Of a stretch of DNA of 64,000 nucleotides, positions 45,901-61,450 are shown one piece after another; the first letter of the stretch is position 1, and every line of letters starts with the position of its first letter. Below the pieces are notes generated by a model that searched no databases, was not told the DNA's origin, and saw only the letters and a program-made list of their open reading frames with translations. A program made the translations under genes and the position numbers. Source of the stretch: the human T2T-CHM13v2.0 reference genome, Homo sapiens; the NCBI RefSeq assembly GCF_009914755.1, contig NC_060937.1. One strand, given 5' to 3'.

Positions 45901-48900
45901 CATCAAATATATATTATGTTATGTACAGAAAATATGAAAATTCATCAAATATAGGTTATATACTGTACATAAAATACCAAAGTACCCCAAATATATATTT
46001 TATACTGTACATGAAATATCAAAGTTCACAAACTATATATTATATACTGTACATAAAATATCAAAGTACTCAAGTTATATATTCTATACTGTACAAAAAA
46101 TATCAAAGTACCCAAAGCATGTATTATATACTGTACATAAAATATGAAAGTACATGAAATATATATTTTATTCTGTACATAAAATATCAAAGTACACCAA
46201 ATATATATTCTATAGTGTACATAAAATATCAAAGTACCCAAACTATACCTTATATACTGTACATAAAATATGAAATTACATCAAATATATATTATATTAG
46301 GTACATAAAATATGAAAGTACATCAAATATAGATTATATACTGTACATAAAATACCAAAGTACCCCAAATATATATTTTATACTGTACATGAAATATCAA
46401 AGTTCACAAACTATATATTATATACTGTACATAAAATATCAAAGTACCCAAGGTATATATTCTATACTGTACAAAAAATATCAAAGTACCCAAACATGTA
46501 TTATATACTGTACATGAAATATGAAAGTACATCAAATATATATTTTATTCTGTACATAAAATATCAAAGTACACCAAATATATATTCTATAGTGTACATA
46601 AAATATCAAAGTACCCAAACTATACCTTATATACTGTACATAAAATATGAAATTACATCAAATATATATTATATTAGGTACATAAAATATGAAAGTACAT
46701 CAAATATAGATTATATACTGTACATAAAATACCAAAGTACCCGAAATATATATTTTATATTGTACATGAAATATCAAAGTTCACAAACTATATATTATAT
46801 ACTGTACATAAAATATCAAAGTACCCAAGGTATATATTCTATACTGTACAAAAAATATCAAAGTACCCAAAGCATGTATTATATACTGTACATAAAATAT
46901 GAAAGTGCATCAAATATATATTTTATTCTGTACATAAAATATCAAAGTACACCAAATATATATTCTACAGTGTACATAAAATATCAAAGTACCCAAACTA
47001 TACATTATATACTGTACATAAAATATGAAATTACATCAAATATATATTATATTAGGTACAGAAAATATGAAAATACATCCAATATAGATTATATACTGTA
47101 CATAAAATACCAAAGTACCCCAAATATATATTTTATACTGTACATGAAATATCAAAGTTCACAAACTATATATTATATACTGTACATAAAATATCAAAGT
47201 ACCCAAGGTATATATTCTATACTGTACAAAAAATATCAAAGTACCCAAACATGTATTATATACTGTACATGAAATATGAAAGCACATCAAATATATATTT
47301 TATTCTGTACATAAAATATCAAAGTACACCAAATATATATTCTATAGTGTACATAAAATATCAAAGTACCCAAACTATACATTATATACTGTACATAAAA
47401 TATGAAATTACATCAAATATATATTATATTAGGTACATAAAATATGAAAGTACATCAAATATAGATTATATACTCTACATAAAATACCAAAGTACCCCAA
47501 ATATATATTTTATACTGTACATGAAATATCAAAGTTCACAAACTATATATTATATACTGTACATAAAATATCAAAGTACTCAAGTTATATATTCTATACT
47601 GTACAAAAAATATCAAAGTACCCAAAGCATGTATTATATACTGTACATAAAATATGAAAGTACATCAAATATATATTTTATTCTGTACATAAAATATCAA
47701 AGTACACCAAATATATATTCTATAGTGTACATAAAATATCAAAGTACCCAAACTATACATTATATACTGTACATAAAATATGAAATTACATCAAATATAT
47801 ATTATATTAGGTACATAAAATATGAAAGTACATCAAAAATAGATTATATACTGTTCATAAAATACCAAAGTACCCCAAATATATATTTTATATTGTATAT
47901 GAAATATCAAAGTTCACAAACTATATATTATATACTGTACATAAAATATCAAAGTACCCAAGGTATATATTCTATACTGTACAAATAATATCAAAGTACC
48001 CAAACATGTATTATATACTGTACATGAAAGATGAAAGTACATCAAATATATATTTTATTCTGTACATAAAATATCAAAGTACACCAAATATATATTCTAT
48101 AGTGTACATAAAATATCAAAGTACCCAAGCTATACCTTATATACTGTACATAAAATATGAAATTACATCAAATATATATTATATTAGGTACAGAAAATAT
48201 GAAAATACATCCAATATAGATTATATACTGTACATAAAATACCAAAGTACCCCAAATATATATTTTATTCTGTACATGAAATATCAAAGTTCACAAACTA
48301 TATATTATATACTGTACATAAAATATCAAAGTACCCAAGGTATATATTCTATACTGTACAAAAAATATCAAAGTACCCAAACATGTATTATATACTGTAC
48401 ATGAAATATGAAAGCACATCAAATATATATTTTATTCTGTACATAAAATATCAAAGTACACCAAATATATATTCTATAGTGTACATAAAATATCAAAGTA
48501 CCCAAACTATACATTATATACTGTACATAAAATATGAAATTACATCAAATATATATTATATTAGGTACATAAAATATGAAAATACATCAAATATAGATTA
48601 TATACTGTACATAAAATACCAAAGTACCCCAAATATATATTTTATACTGTACATGAAATATCAAAGTTCACAAACTATATATTATATACTGTACATAAAA
48701 TATCAAAGTACTCGTTATATATTCTATACTGTACAAAAAATATCAAAGTACCCAAAGCATGTATTATATACTGTACATAAAATATGAAAGTACATCAAAT
48801 ATATATTTTATTCTGTACATAAAATATCAAAGTACACCAAATATATATTCTATAGTGTACATAAAATATCAAAGTACCCAAACTATACATTATATACTGT

Positions 48901-51900
48901 ACATAAAATATGAAATTACATCAAATATATATTATATTAGGTACATAAAATATGAAAGTACATCAAAAATAGATTATATACTGTACATAAAATACCAAAT
49001 TACCCCAAATATATATTTTATATTGTATATGAAATATCAAAGTTCACAAACTATATATTATATACTGTACATAAAATATCAAAGTACCCAAGGTATATCT
49101 TCTATACTGTACAAATAATATCAAAGTACCCAAACATGTATTATATACTGTACATGAAATATGAAAGTACATCAAATATATATTTTATTCTGTACATAAA
49201 ATATCAAAGTACACCAAATATATATTCTATAGTGTACATAAAATATCAAAGTACCCAAACTATACCTTATATACTGTACATAAAATATGAAATTACATCA
49301 AATATATATTATATTAGGTACATAAAATATGAAAGTACATCAAATATAGATTATATACTGTACATAAAATATCAAAGTACCCAAGGTATATATTCTATAC
49401 TGTACAAAAAATATCAAAGTACCCAAACATGTATTATATACTGTACATGAAATATGAAAGTACATCAAATATATATTTTATTCTGTACATAAAATATCAA
49501 AGTACACCAAATATATATTCTATAGTGTACATAAAATATCAAAGTACCCAAACTATACATTATATACTGTACATAAAATATGAAATTACATCAAATATAT
49601 ATTATATTAGGTACATAAAATATGAAAGTACATCAAATATAGATTATATACTGTACATAAAATACCAAAGTACCCCAAATATGTATTTGATACTGTACAT
49701 GAAATATCAATGTTCACAAACTATATATTATATACTGTACATAAAATATCAAAGTACTCAAGGTATATATTCTATAGTGTACAAAAAATATCAAAGTACC
49801 CAAAGCATGTATTATATACTGTACATAAAATATGAAAGTACATCAAATATATATTTTATTCTGTACATAAAATATCAAAGTACACCACATATATATTCTA
49901 TAGTGTACATAAAATATCAAAGTACCCAAACTATACATTATATACTGTACATAAAATATGAAATTACATCAAATATATATTATATTAGGTACATAAAATA
50001 TGAAAGTACATCAAAAATAGATTATATACTGTACATAAAATACCAAAGTACCCCAAATATATATTTTATATTGTACATGAAATATCAAAGTTCACAAACT
50101 ATATATTATATACTGTACATAAAATATCAAAGTACCCAAGGTATATATTCTATACTGTACAAAAAATATCAAAGTACCCAAAGCATGTATTATATACTGT
50201 ACATAAAATATGAAAGTGCATCAAATATATATTTTATTCTGTACATAAAATATCAAAGTAAACCAAATATATATTCTACAGTGTACATAAAATATCAAAG
50301 TACCCAAACTATACATTATATACTGTACATAAAATGTGAAATTACATCAAATATATATTATATTAGGTACAGAAAATATGAAAATACATCCAATATAGAT
50401 TATATACTGTACATAAAATACCAAAGTACCCAAATATATATTTTATACTGTACATGAATTATCAAAGTTCACAAACTATATATTATATACTGTACATAAA
50501 ATATCAAAGTACCCAAAGTATATATTCTATACTGTACAAAAAATATCAAAGTACCCAAACATGTATTATATACTGTACATGAAATATGAAAGCACATCAA
50601 ATATATATTTTATTCTGTACATAAAATATCAAAGTACACCAAATATATATTCTATAGTGTACATAAAATATCAAAGTACCCAAACTATACATTATATACT
50701 GTACATAAAATATGAAATTACATCAAATATATATTATATTAGGTACATAAAATATGAAAGTACATCAAATATAGATTATATACTCTAGATAAAATACCAA
50801 AGTACCCCAAATATATATTTTATACTGTACATGAAATATCAAAGTTCACAAACTATATATTATATACTGTACATAAAATATCAAAGTACCAAAGGTATAT
50901 ATTCTATACTGTACAAAAAATATCAAAGTACCCCAACATGTATTATATACTGTACATGAAATATGAAAGTACATGAAATATATATTTTATTCTGTACATA
51001 AAATATCAAAGTACACCAAATATATATTCTATAGTGTACATAAAATATCAAAGTACCCAAACTATACATTATATACTGTACATAAAATATGAAATTACAT
51101 CAAATATATATTATATTAGGTACATAAAATGTGAAAGTACATCAAATATAGATTATATACTGTACATAAAATACCAAAGTACCCCAAATATATATTTTAT
51201 ACTGTACATGAAATATCAATGTTCACAAACTATATATTATATACTGTACATAAAATATCAAAATACTCAAGGTATATATTATATACTGTACAAAAAATAT
51301 CAAAGTACCCAAAGCATGTATTATATACTGTTCATAAAATATGAAAGTACATGAAATATATATTTTATTGTGTACAAACAATATCAAAGTACACCAAATA
51401 TATATTCTATACTGTACATAAAATATCAAAGTTCCCAAACTATACATTATATACTGTACATAAAATATGAAATTATATCAAATATATATTAGTTACATAA
51501 AATATGAAAGTACATCAAATATATATTTTATTCTGTACATAAAATATCAAAGTACACCAAATATATATTCTATACTGTACATAAAATATCAAAATACCCA
51601 AACTATACATTATATACTGTACATAAAATATGAAATTACATCAAATATACATTATGTTATGTAGAGAAAATATGAAAATACATCAAATATAGATTATATA
51701 CTGTACATAAAATACCAAAGTACACCAAATATATATTTTATACTGTACATGAAATATCAAAGTTCACAAACTATATATTATATACTGTACATAAAATATC
51801 AAAGTACTCAAGTTATATATTCTATACTGTACAAAAAATATCAAAGTACCCAAAGCATGTATTATATACTGTACATAAAATATGAAAGTACATGAAATAT

Positions 51901-54900
51901 ATATTTTATACTGTACATAAAATATCAAAGTACACCAAATATATATTCTATAGTGTACATAAAATATCAAAGTACCCAAACTATACCTTATATACTGTAC
52001 ATAAAATATGAAATTACATCAAATATATATTATATTAGGTACATAAAATATGAAAGTACATCAAATATAGATTATATAGTGTACATAAAATACCAAAGTA
52101 CCCCAAATATATATTTTATACTGTACATGAAATATCAAAGTTCACAAACTATATATTATATACTGTACATAAAATATCAAAGTACCCAAGGTATATATTC
52201 TATACTGTACAAATAATATCAAAGTACCCAAACATGTATTATATACTGTACATGAAATATGAAAGTACATCAAATATATATTTTATTCTGTACATAAAAT
52301 ATCAAAGTACACCAAATATATATTCTATAGTGTACATAAAATATCAAAGTACCCAAGCTATACCTTATATACTGTAAATAAAATATGAAATTACATCAAA
52401 TATATATTATATTAGGTACAGAAAATATGAAAATACATCCAATATAGATTATATACTGTACATAAAATACCAAAGTACCCCAAATATATATTTTATTCTG
52501 TACATGAAATATCAAAGTTCACAAACTATATATTATATACTGTACATAAAATATCAAAGTACCCAAGGTATATATTCTATACTGTACAAAAAATATCAAA
52601 GTACCCAAACATGTATTATATACTGTACATGAAATATGAAAGCACATCAAATATATATTTTATTCTGTACATAAAATATCAAAGTACACCAAATATATAT
52701 TCTATAGTGTACATAAAATATCAAAGTACCCAAACTATACATTATATACTGTACATAAAATATGAAATTACATCAAATATATATTATATTAGGTCCATAA
52801 AATATGAAAATACATCAAATATAGATTATATACTGTACATAAAATACCAAAGTACCCCAAATATATATTTTATACTGTACATGAAATATCAAAGTTCACA
52901 AACTATATATTATATACTGTACATAAAATATCAAAGTACTCGTTATATATTCTATACTGTACAAAAAATATCAAAGTACCCAAAGCATGTATTATATACT
53001 GTACATAAAATATGAAAGTACATCAAATATATATTTTATTCTGTACATAAAATATCAAAGTACACCAAATATATATTCTATAGTGTACATAAAATATCAA
53101 AGTACCCAAACTATACCTTATATACTGTACATAAAATATGAAATTACATCAAATATATATTATATTAGGTACATAAAATATGAAAGTACATCAAATATAG
53201 ATTATATAGTGTACATAAAATACCAAAGTACCCCAAATATATATTTTATACTGTACATGAAATATCAAAGTTCACAAACTATATATTATATACTGTACAT
53301 AAAATATCAAAGTACCCAAGGTATATATTCTATACTGTACAAATAATATCAAAGTACCCAAACATGTATTATATACTGTACATGAAATATGAAAGTACAT
53401 CAAATATATATTTTATTCTGTACATAAAATATCAAAGTACACCAAATATATATTCTATAGTGTACATAAAATATCAAAGTACCCAAGCTATACCTTATAT
53501 ACTGTACATAAAATATGAAATTACATCAAATATATATTATATTAGGTACAGAAAATATGAAAATACATCCAATATAGATTATATACTGTACATAAAATAC
53601 CAAAGTACCCCAAATATATATTTTATTCTGTACATGAAATATCAAAGTTCACAAACTATATATTATATACTGTACATAAAATATCAAAGTACCCAAGGTA
53701 TATATTCTATACTGTACAAAAAATATCAAAGTACCCAAACATGTATTATATACTGTACATGAAATATGAAAGCACATCAAATATATATTTTATTCTGTAC
53801 ATAAAATATCAAAGTACACCAAATATATATTCTATAGTGTACATAAAATATCAAAGTACCCAAACTATACATTATATACTGTACATAAAATATGAAATTA
53901 CATCAAATATATATTATATTAGGTCCATAAAATATGAAAATACATCAAATATAGATTATATACTGTACATAAAATACCAAAGTACCCCAAATATATATTT
54001 TATACTGTACATGAAATATCAAAGTTCACAAACTATATATTATATACTGTACATAAAATATCAAAGTACTCGTTATATATTCTATACTGTACAAAAAATA
54101 TCAAAGTACCCAAAGCATGTATTATATACTGTACATAAAATATGAAAGTACATCAAATATATATTTTATTCTGTACATAAAATATCAAAGTACACCAAAT
54201 ATATATTCTATAGTGTACATAAAATATCAAAGTACCCAAACTATACATTATATACTGTACATAAAATATGAAATTACATCAAATATATATTATATTAGGT
54301 ACATAAAATATGAAAGTACATCAAAAATAGATTATATACTGTACATAAAATACCAAATTACCCCAAATATATATTTTATATTGTATATGAAATATCAAAG
54401 TTCACAAACTATATATTATATACTGTACATAAAATATCAAAGTACCCAAGGTATATCTTCTATACTGTACAAATAATATCAAAGTACCCAAACATGTATT
54501 ATATACTGTACATGAAATATGAAAGTACATCAAATATATATTTTATTCTGTACATAAAATATCAAAGTACACCAAATATATATTCTATAGTGTACATAAA
54601 ATATCAAAGTACCCAAACTATACCTTATATACTGTACATAAAATATGAAATTACATCAAATATATATTATATTAGGTACATAAAATATGAAAGTACATCA
54701 AATATAGATTATATACTGTACATAAAATATCAAAGTACCCAAGGTATATATTCTATACTGTACAAAAAATATCAAAGTACCCAAACATGTATTATATACT
54801 GTACATGAAATATGAAAGCACATCAAATATATATTTTATTCTGTACATAAAATATCAAAGTACACCAAATATATATTCTATAGTGTACATAAAATATCAA

Positions 54901-57900
54901 AGTACCCAAACTATACATTATATACTGTACATAAAATATGAAATTACATCAAATATATATTATATTAGGTACATAAAATATGAAAGTACATCAAATATAG
55001 ATTATATACTGTACATAAAATACCAAAGTACCCCAAATATGTATTTGATACTGTACATGAAATATCAATGTTCACAAACTATATATTATATACTGTACAT
55101 AAAATATCAAAGTACTCAAGGTATATATTCTATAGTGTACAAAAAATATCAAAGTACCCAAAGCATGTATTATATACTGTACATAAAATATGAAAGTACA
55201 TGAAATATATATTTTATTGTGTACAAACAATGTCAAAGTACACCAAATATATATTCTATACTGTACATAAAATATCAAAGTACCCAAACTATACATTATA
55301 TACTGTACATAAAATATGAAATTACATCAAATATATATTAGGTACATAAAATATGAAAGTACATCAAAAATAGATTATATACTGTACATAAAATACCAAA
55401 GTACCCCAAATATATATTTTATATTGTACATGAAATATCAAAGTTCACAAACTATATATTATATACTGTACATAAAATATCAAAGTACCCAAGGTATATA
55501 TTCTATACTGTACAAAAAATATCAAAGTACCCAAAGCATGTATTATATACTGTACATAAAATATGAAAGTGCATCAAATATATATTTTATTCTGTACATA
55601 AAATATCAAAGTACACCAAATATATATTCTACAGTGTACATAAAATATCAAAGTACCCAAACTATACATTATATACTGTACATAAAATATGAAATTACAT
55701 CAAATATATATTATATTAGGTACAGAAAATATGAAAATACATCCAATATAGATTATATACTGTACATAAAATACCAAAGTACCCCAAATATATATTTTAT
55801 ACTGTACATGAAATATCAAAGTTCACAAACTATATATTATATACTGTACATAAAATATCAAAGTACCCAAGGTATATATTCTATACTGTACAAAAAATAT
55901 CAAAGTACCCAAACATGTATTATATACTGTACATGAAATATGAAAGCACATCAAATATATATTTTATTCTGTACATAAAATATCAAAGTACACCAAATAT
56001 ATATTCTATAGTGTACATAAAATATCAAAGTACCCAAACTATACATTATATACTGTACATAAAATATGAAATTACATCAAATATATATTATATTAGGTAC
56101 ATAAAATATGAAAGTACATCAAATATAGATTATATACTCTACATAAAATACCAAAGTACCCCAAATATATATTTTATACTGTACATGAAATATCAAAGTT
56201 CACAAACTATATATTATATACTGTACATAAAATATCAAAGTACTCAAGTTATATATTCTATACTGTACAAAAAATATCAAAGTACCCAAAGCATGTATTA
56301 TATACTGTACATAAAATATGAAAGTACATCAAATATATATTTTATTCTGTACATAAAATATCAAAGTACACCAAATATATATTCTATAGTGTACATAAAA
56401 TATCAAAGTACCCAAACTATACATTATATACTGTACATAAAATATGAAATTACATCAAATATATATTATATTAGGTACATAAAATATGAAAGTACATCAA
56501 AAATAGATTATATACTGTACATAAAATACCAAAGTACCCCAAATATATATTTTATATTGTATATGAAATATCAAAGTTCACAAACTATATATTATATACT
56601 GTACATAAAATATCAAAGTACCCAAGGTATATATTCTATACTGTACAAATAATATCAAAGTACCCAAACATGTATTATATACTGTACATGAAATATGAAA
56701 GTACATCAAATATATATTTTATTCTGTACATAAAATATCAAAGTACACCAAATATATATTCTATAGTGTACATAAAATATCAAAGTACCCAAGCTATACC
56801 TTATATACTGTACATAAAATATGAAATTACATCAAATATATATTATATTAGGTACAGAAAATATGAAAATACATCCAATATAGATTATATACTGTACATA
56901 AAATACCAAAGTACCCCAAATATATATTTTATTCTGTACATGAAATATCAAAGTTCACAAACTATATATTATATACTGTACATAAAATATCAAAGTACCC
57001 AAGGTATATATTCTATACTGTACAAAAAATATCAAAGTACCCAAACATGTATTATATACTGTACATGAAATATGAAAGCACATCAAATTTATATTTTATT
57101 CTGTACATAAAATATCAAAGTACACCAAATATATATTCTATAGTGTACATAAAATATCAAAGTACCCAAACTATACATTATATACTGTACATAAAATATG
57201 AAATTACATCAAATATATATTATATTAGGTACATAAAATATGAAAATACATCAAATATAGATTATATACTGTACATAAAATACCAAAGTACCCCAAATAT
57301 ATATTTTATACTGTACATGAAATATCAAAGTTCACAAACTATATATTATATACTGTACATAAAATATCAAAGTACTCGTTATATATTCTATACTGTACAA
57401 AAAATATCAAAGTACCCAAAGCATGTATTATATACTGTACATAAAATATGAAAGTACATGAAATATATATTTTATTCTGTACAAAAAATATCAAAGTACA
57501 CCAAATATATATTCTATAGTGTACATAAAATATCAAAGTACCCAAACTATACATTATATACTGTACATAAAATATGAAATTACATCAAACATATATTATA
57601 TTAGTTACATAAAATATGAAAGTACATCAAATATAGATTATATACTGTACATAAAATACCAAAGTACCCCAAATATATATTTTATATTGTACATGAAATA
57701 TCAAAGTTCACAAACTATATATTATATACTGTACATAAAATATCAAAGTACCCAAGGTATATATTGTATACTGTACAAAAAATATCAAAGTACCCAAACA
57801 TGTATTATATACTGTACATGAAATATGAAAGTACATCAAATATATATTTTATTCTGTACATAAAATATCAAAGTACACCAAATATATATTCTATAGTGTA

Positions 57901-60900
57901 CATAAAATATCAAAGTACCCAAACTATACCTTATATACTGTACATAAAATATGAAATTACATCAAATATATATTATATTAGGTACAGAAAATATGAAAGT
58001 ACATCAAATATATATTATATACTGTACATAAAATATCAAAGTACCCAAGGTATATATTCTATACTGTACATGAAATATCAAAGTTCACAAACTATATATT
58101 ATATACTGTACATAAAATATCAAAGTACCCAAGGTATATATTCTATACTGTACAAAAAATATCAAAGTACCCAAACATGTATTATATACTGTACATGAAA
58201 TATGAAAGTACATCAAATATATATTTTATTCTGTACATAAAATATCAAAGTACACCAAATATATATTCTATAGTGTACATAAAATATCAAAGTACCCAAA
58301 CTATACCTTATATACTGTACATAAAATATGAAATTACATCAAATATATATTATATTAGGTACATAAAATATGAAAGTACATCAAATATAGATTATATACT
58401 GTACATAAAATACCAAAGTACCCCAAATATATATTTTATACTGTACATGAAATATCAAAGTTCACAAACTATATATTATATACTGTACATAAAATATCAA
58501 AGTACCCAAGGTATATATTCTATACAGTACAAAAAATATCAAAGTACCCAAACATGTATTATAGACTGTACATGAAATATGAAAGTACATCAAATATATA
58601 TTTTATTCTGTACATAAAATATCAAAGTACACCAAATATATATTCTATAGTGTACATAAAATATCAAAGTACCCAAACTATACATTATATACTGTACATA
58701 AAATATGAAATTACATCAAATATATATTATATTAGGTACATAAAATATGAAAGTACATCAAATATAGATTATATACTGTACATAAAATACCAAAGTACCC
58801 CAAATATATATTTTATACTGTACATGCAATATCAAAGTTCACAAACTATATATTATATACTGTACATAAAATATCAAAGTACCCAAGGTATCTATTCTAT
58901 ACTGTACAAAAAATATCAAAGTACCCAAAGCATGTATTATATACTGTACATAAAATATGAAAGTACATGAAATATATATTTTATTCTGTACATAAAATAT
59001 CAAAGTACACCAAATATATATTCTATAGTGTACATAAAATATCAAATTACCCAAACTATACCTTATATACTGTACATAAAATATGAAATTACATCAAATA
59101 TATATTATATTAGGTACATAAAATATGAAAGTACATCAAATATAGATTATATACTGTACATAAAATACCAAAGTACCCCAAATATATATTTTATACTGTA
59201 CATGAAATATCAAAGTTCACAAACTATATATTATATACTGTACATAACATATCAAAGTACCCAAGGTATATATTCTATACTGTACAAAAAATATCAAAGT
59301 ACCCAAACATGTATTATATACTGTACATGAAATATGAAAGTACATCAAATATATATTTTATTCTGTATATAAAATATCAAAGTACACCAAATATATATTC
59401 TATAGTGTACATAAAATATCAAAGTACACAAACTATACCTTATATACTGTACATAAAATATGAAATTACATCAAATATATATTATATTAGGTACATAAAA
59501 TATGAAAGTACATCAAATATAGATTATATACTGTACATAAAATACCAAAGTACCTCAAATATATATTTTATACTGTACATGAAATATCAATGTTCACAAA
59601 CTATATATTATATACTGTACATAAAATATCAAAGTACTCAAGGTATATATTCTATACTGTACAAAAAATATCAAAGTACCCAAAGCATGTATTATATACT
59701 GTACATAAAATATGAAAGTACATGAAATATATATTTTATTGTGTACAAACAATATCAAAGTACACCAAATATATATTCTATACTGTACATAAAATATCAA
59801 AGTACCCAAACTATACATTATATACTGTACATAAAATATGAAATTACATCAAATATATATTAGTTACATAAAATATGAAAGTACATCAAATATAGATTAT
59901 ATACTGTACATAAAATACCAAAGTACCCCAAATATATATATTATATTGTACATGAAATATCAAAGTTCACAAACTATATATTATATACTGTACATAAAAT
60001 ATCAAAGTACCCAAGGTATATATTCTATACTGTACAAAAAATATCAAAGTACCCAAAGCATGTATTATATACTGTACATAAAATATGAAAGTACATCAAA
60101 TATATATTTTATTCTGTACATAAAATATCAAAGTACACCAAATATATATTCTATACTGTACATAAAATATCAAAGTACCCAAACTATACATTATATACTG
60201 TACATAAAATATGAAATTACATCAAATATATATTATGTTATGTACAGAAAATATGAAAATACATCAAATATAGATTATATACTGTACATAAAATACCAAA
60301 GTACCCCAAATATATATTTTATACTGTACATGAAATATCAAAGTTCACAAACTATATATTATATACTGTACATAAAATATCAAAGTACTCAAGTTATATA
60401 TTCTCTACTGTACAAAAAATATCAAAGTACCCAAAGCATGTATTATATACTGTACATAAAATATGAAATACATGAAATATATATTTTATTCTGTACATAA
60501 AATATCAAAGTACACCAAATATATATTCTATAGTGTACATAAAATATCAAAGTACCCAAACTATACCTTATATACTGTACATAAAATATGAAATTACATC
60601 AAATATATATTATATTAGGTACATAAAATATGAAAATACATCAAATATAGATTATATACTGTACATAAATTACCAAAGTACCCCAAATATATATTTTATA
60701 CTGTACATGAAATATCAAAGTTCACAAACTATATATTATATACTCTACATAAGATTTCAAAGTACCCAAGGTATATATTCTATACTGTACAAAAAATATC
60801 AAAGTACCCAAACATGTATTATATACTGTACATGAAATATGAAAGTACATCAAATATATATTTTATTCTGTACATAAAATATCAAAGTACACCAAATATA

Positions 60901-61450
60901 TATTCTATAGTGTACATAAAATATCAAAGTACCCAAACTATACCTTATATACTGTACATAAAATATGAAATTCAATCAAATATATATTATATTAGGTACA
61001 TAAAATATGAAAGTACATCAAATATAGATTATATACTGTACATAAAATACCAAAGTACCCCAAATATATATTTTATACTGTACATGAAATATCAAAGTTC
61101 ACAAACTATATATTATATACTGTGCATAAAATATCAAAGTACCCAAGGTATATATTCTATACTGTACAAAAAATATCAAAGTACCCAAACATGTATTATA
61201 TACTGTACATGAAATATGAAAGTACATCAAATATATATTTTATTCTGTACATAAAATATCAAAGTACACCAAATATATATTCTATAGTGTACATAAAATA
61301 TCAAAGTAACCAAACTATACCTTATATACTGTACATAAAATATGAAATTACATCAAATATATATTATATTAGGTACATAAAATATGAAAGTACATCAAAT
61401 ATAGATTATATACTGTACATAAAATACCAAAGTACCCCAAATATATATTT
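45901..61450. repeat. Domain 3: 377/378-bp 9-mer subfamily with recurrent 41-bp C monomer
   Basis: Recurrent CCCAAACATGTATTATATACTGTACATGAAATATGAAAG (1-bp deletion; ORFs ending QTCIIYCT), ACTATACCTTAT, TACTCAAGTT, GGTACAGAAAATATGAAAATACATCC. ORF starts 46496, 47251, 48006 are 755 apart; 58177/58554 and 48006/48383 are 377 apart. Confidence 0.87.
51930..54230. repeat. 1130-bp tandem duplication (377+377+376 trimer)
   Basis: ORFs 52611..53015 and 53741..54145 are identical; ORF ends 52216/53346 share the offset; private markers AGGTCCATAA (~52791, ~53921) and GATTATATAGTG (~52070, ~53200). Confidence 0.85.
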
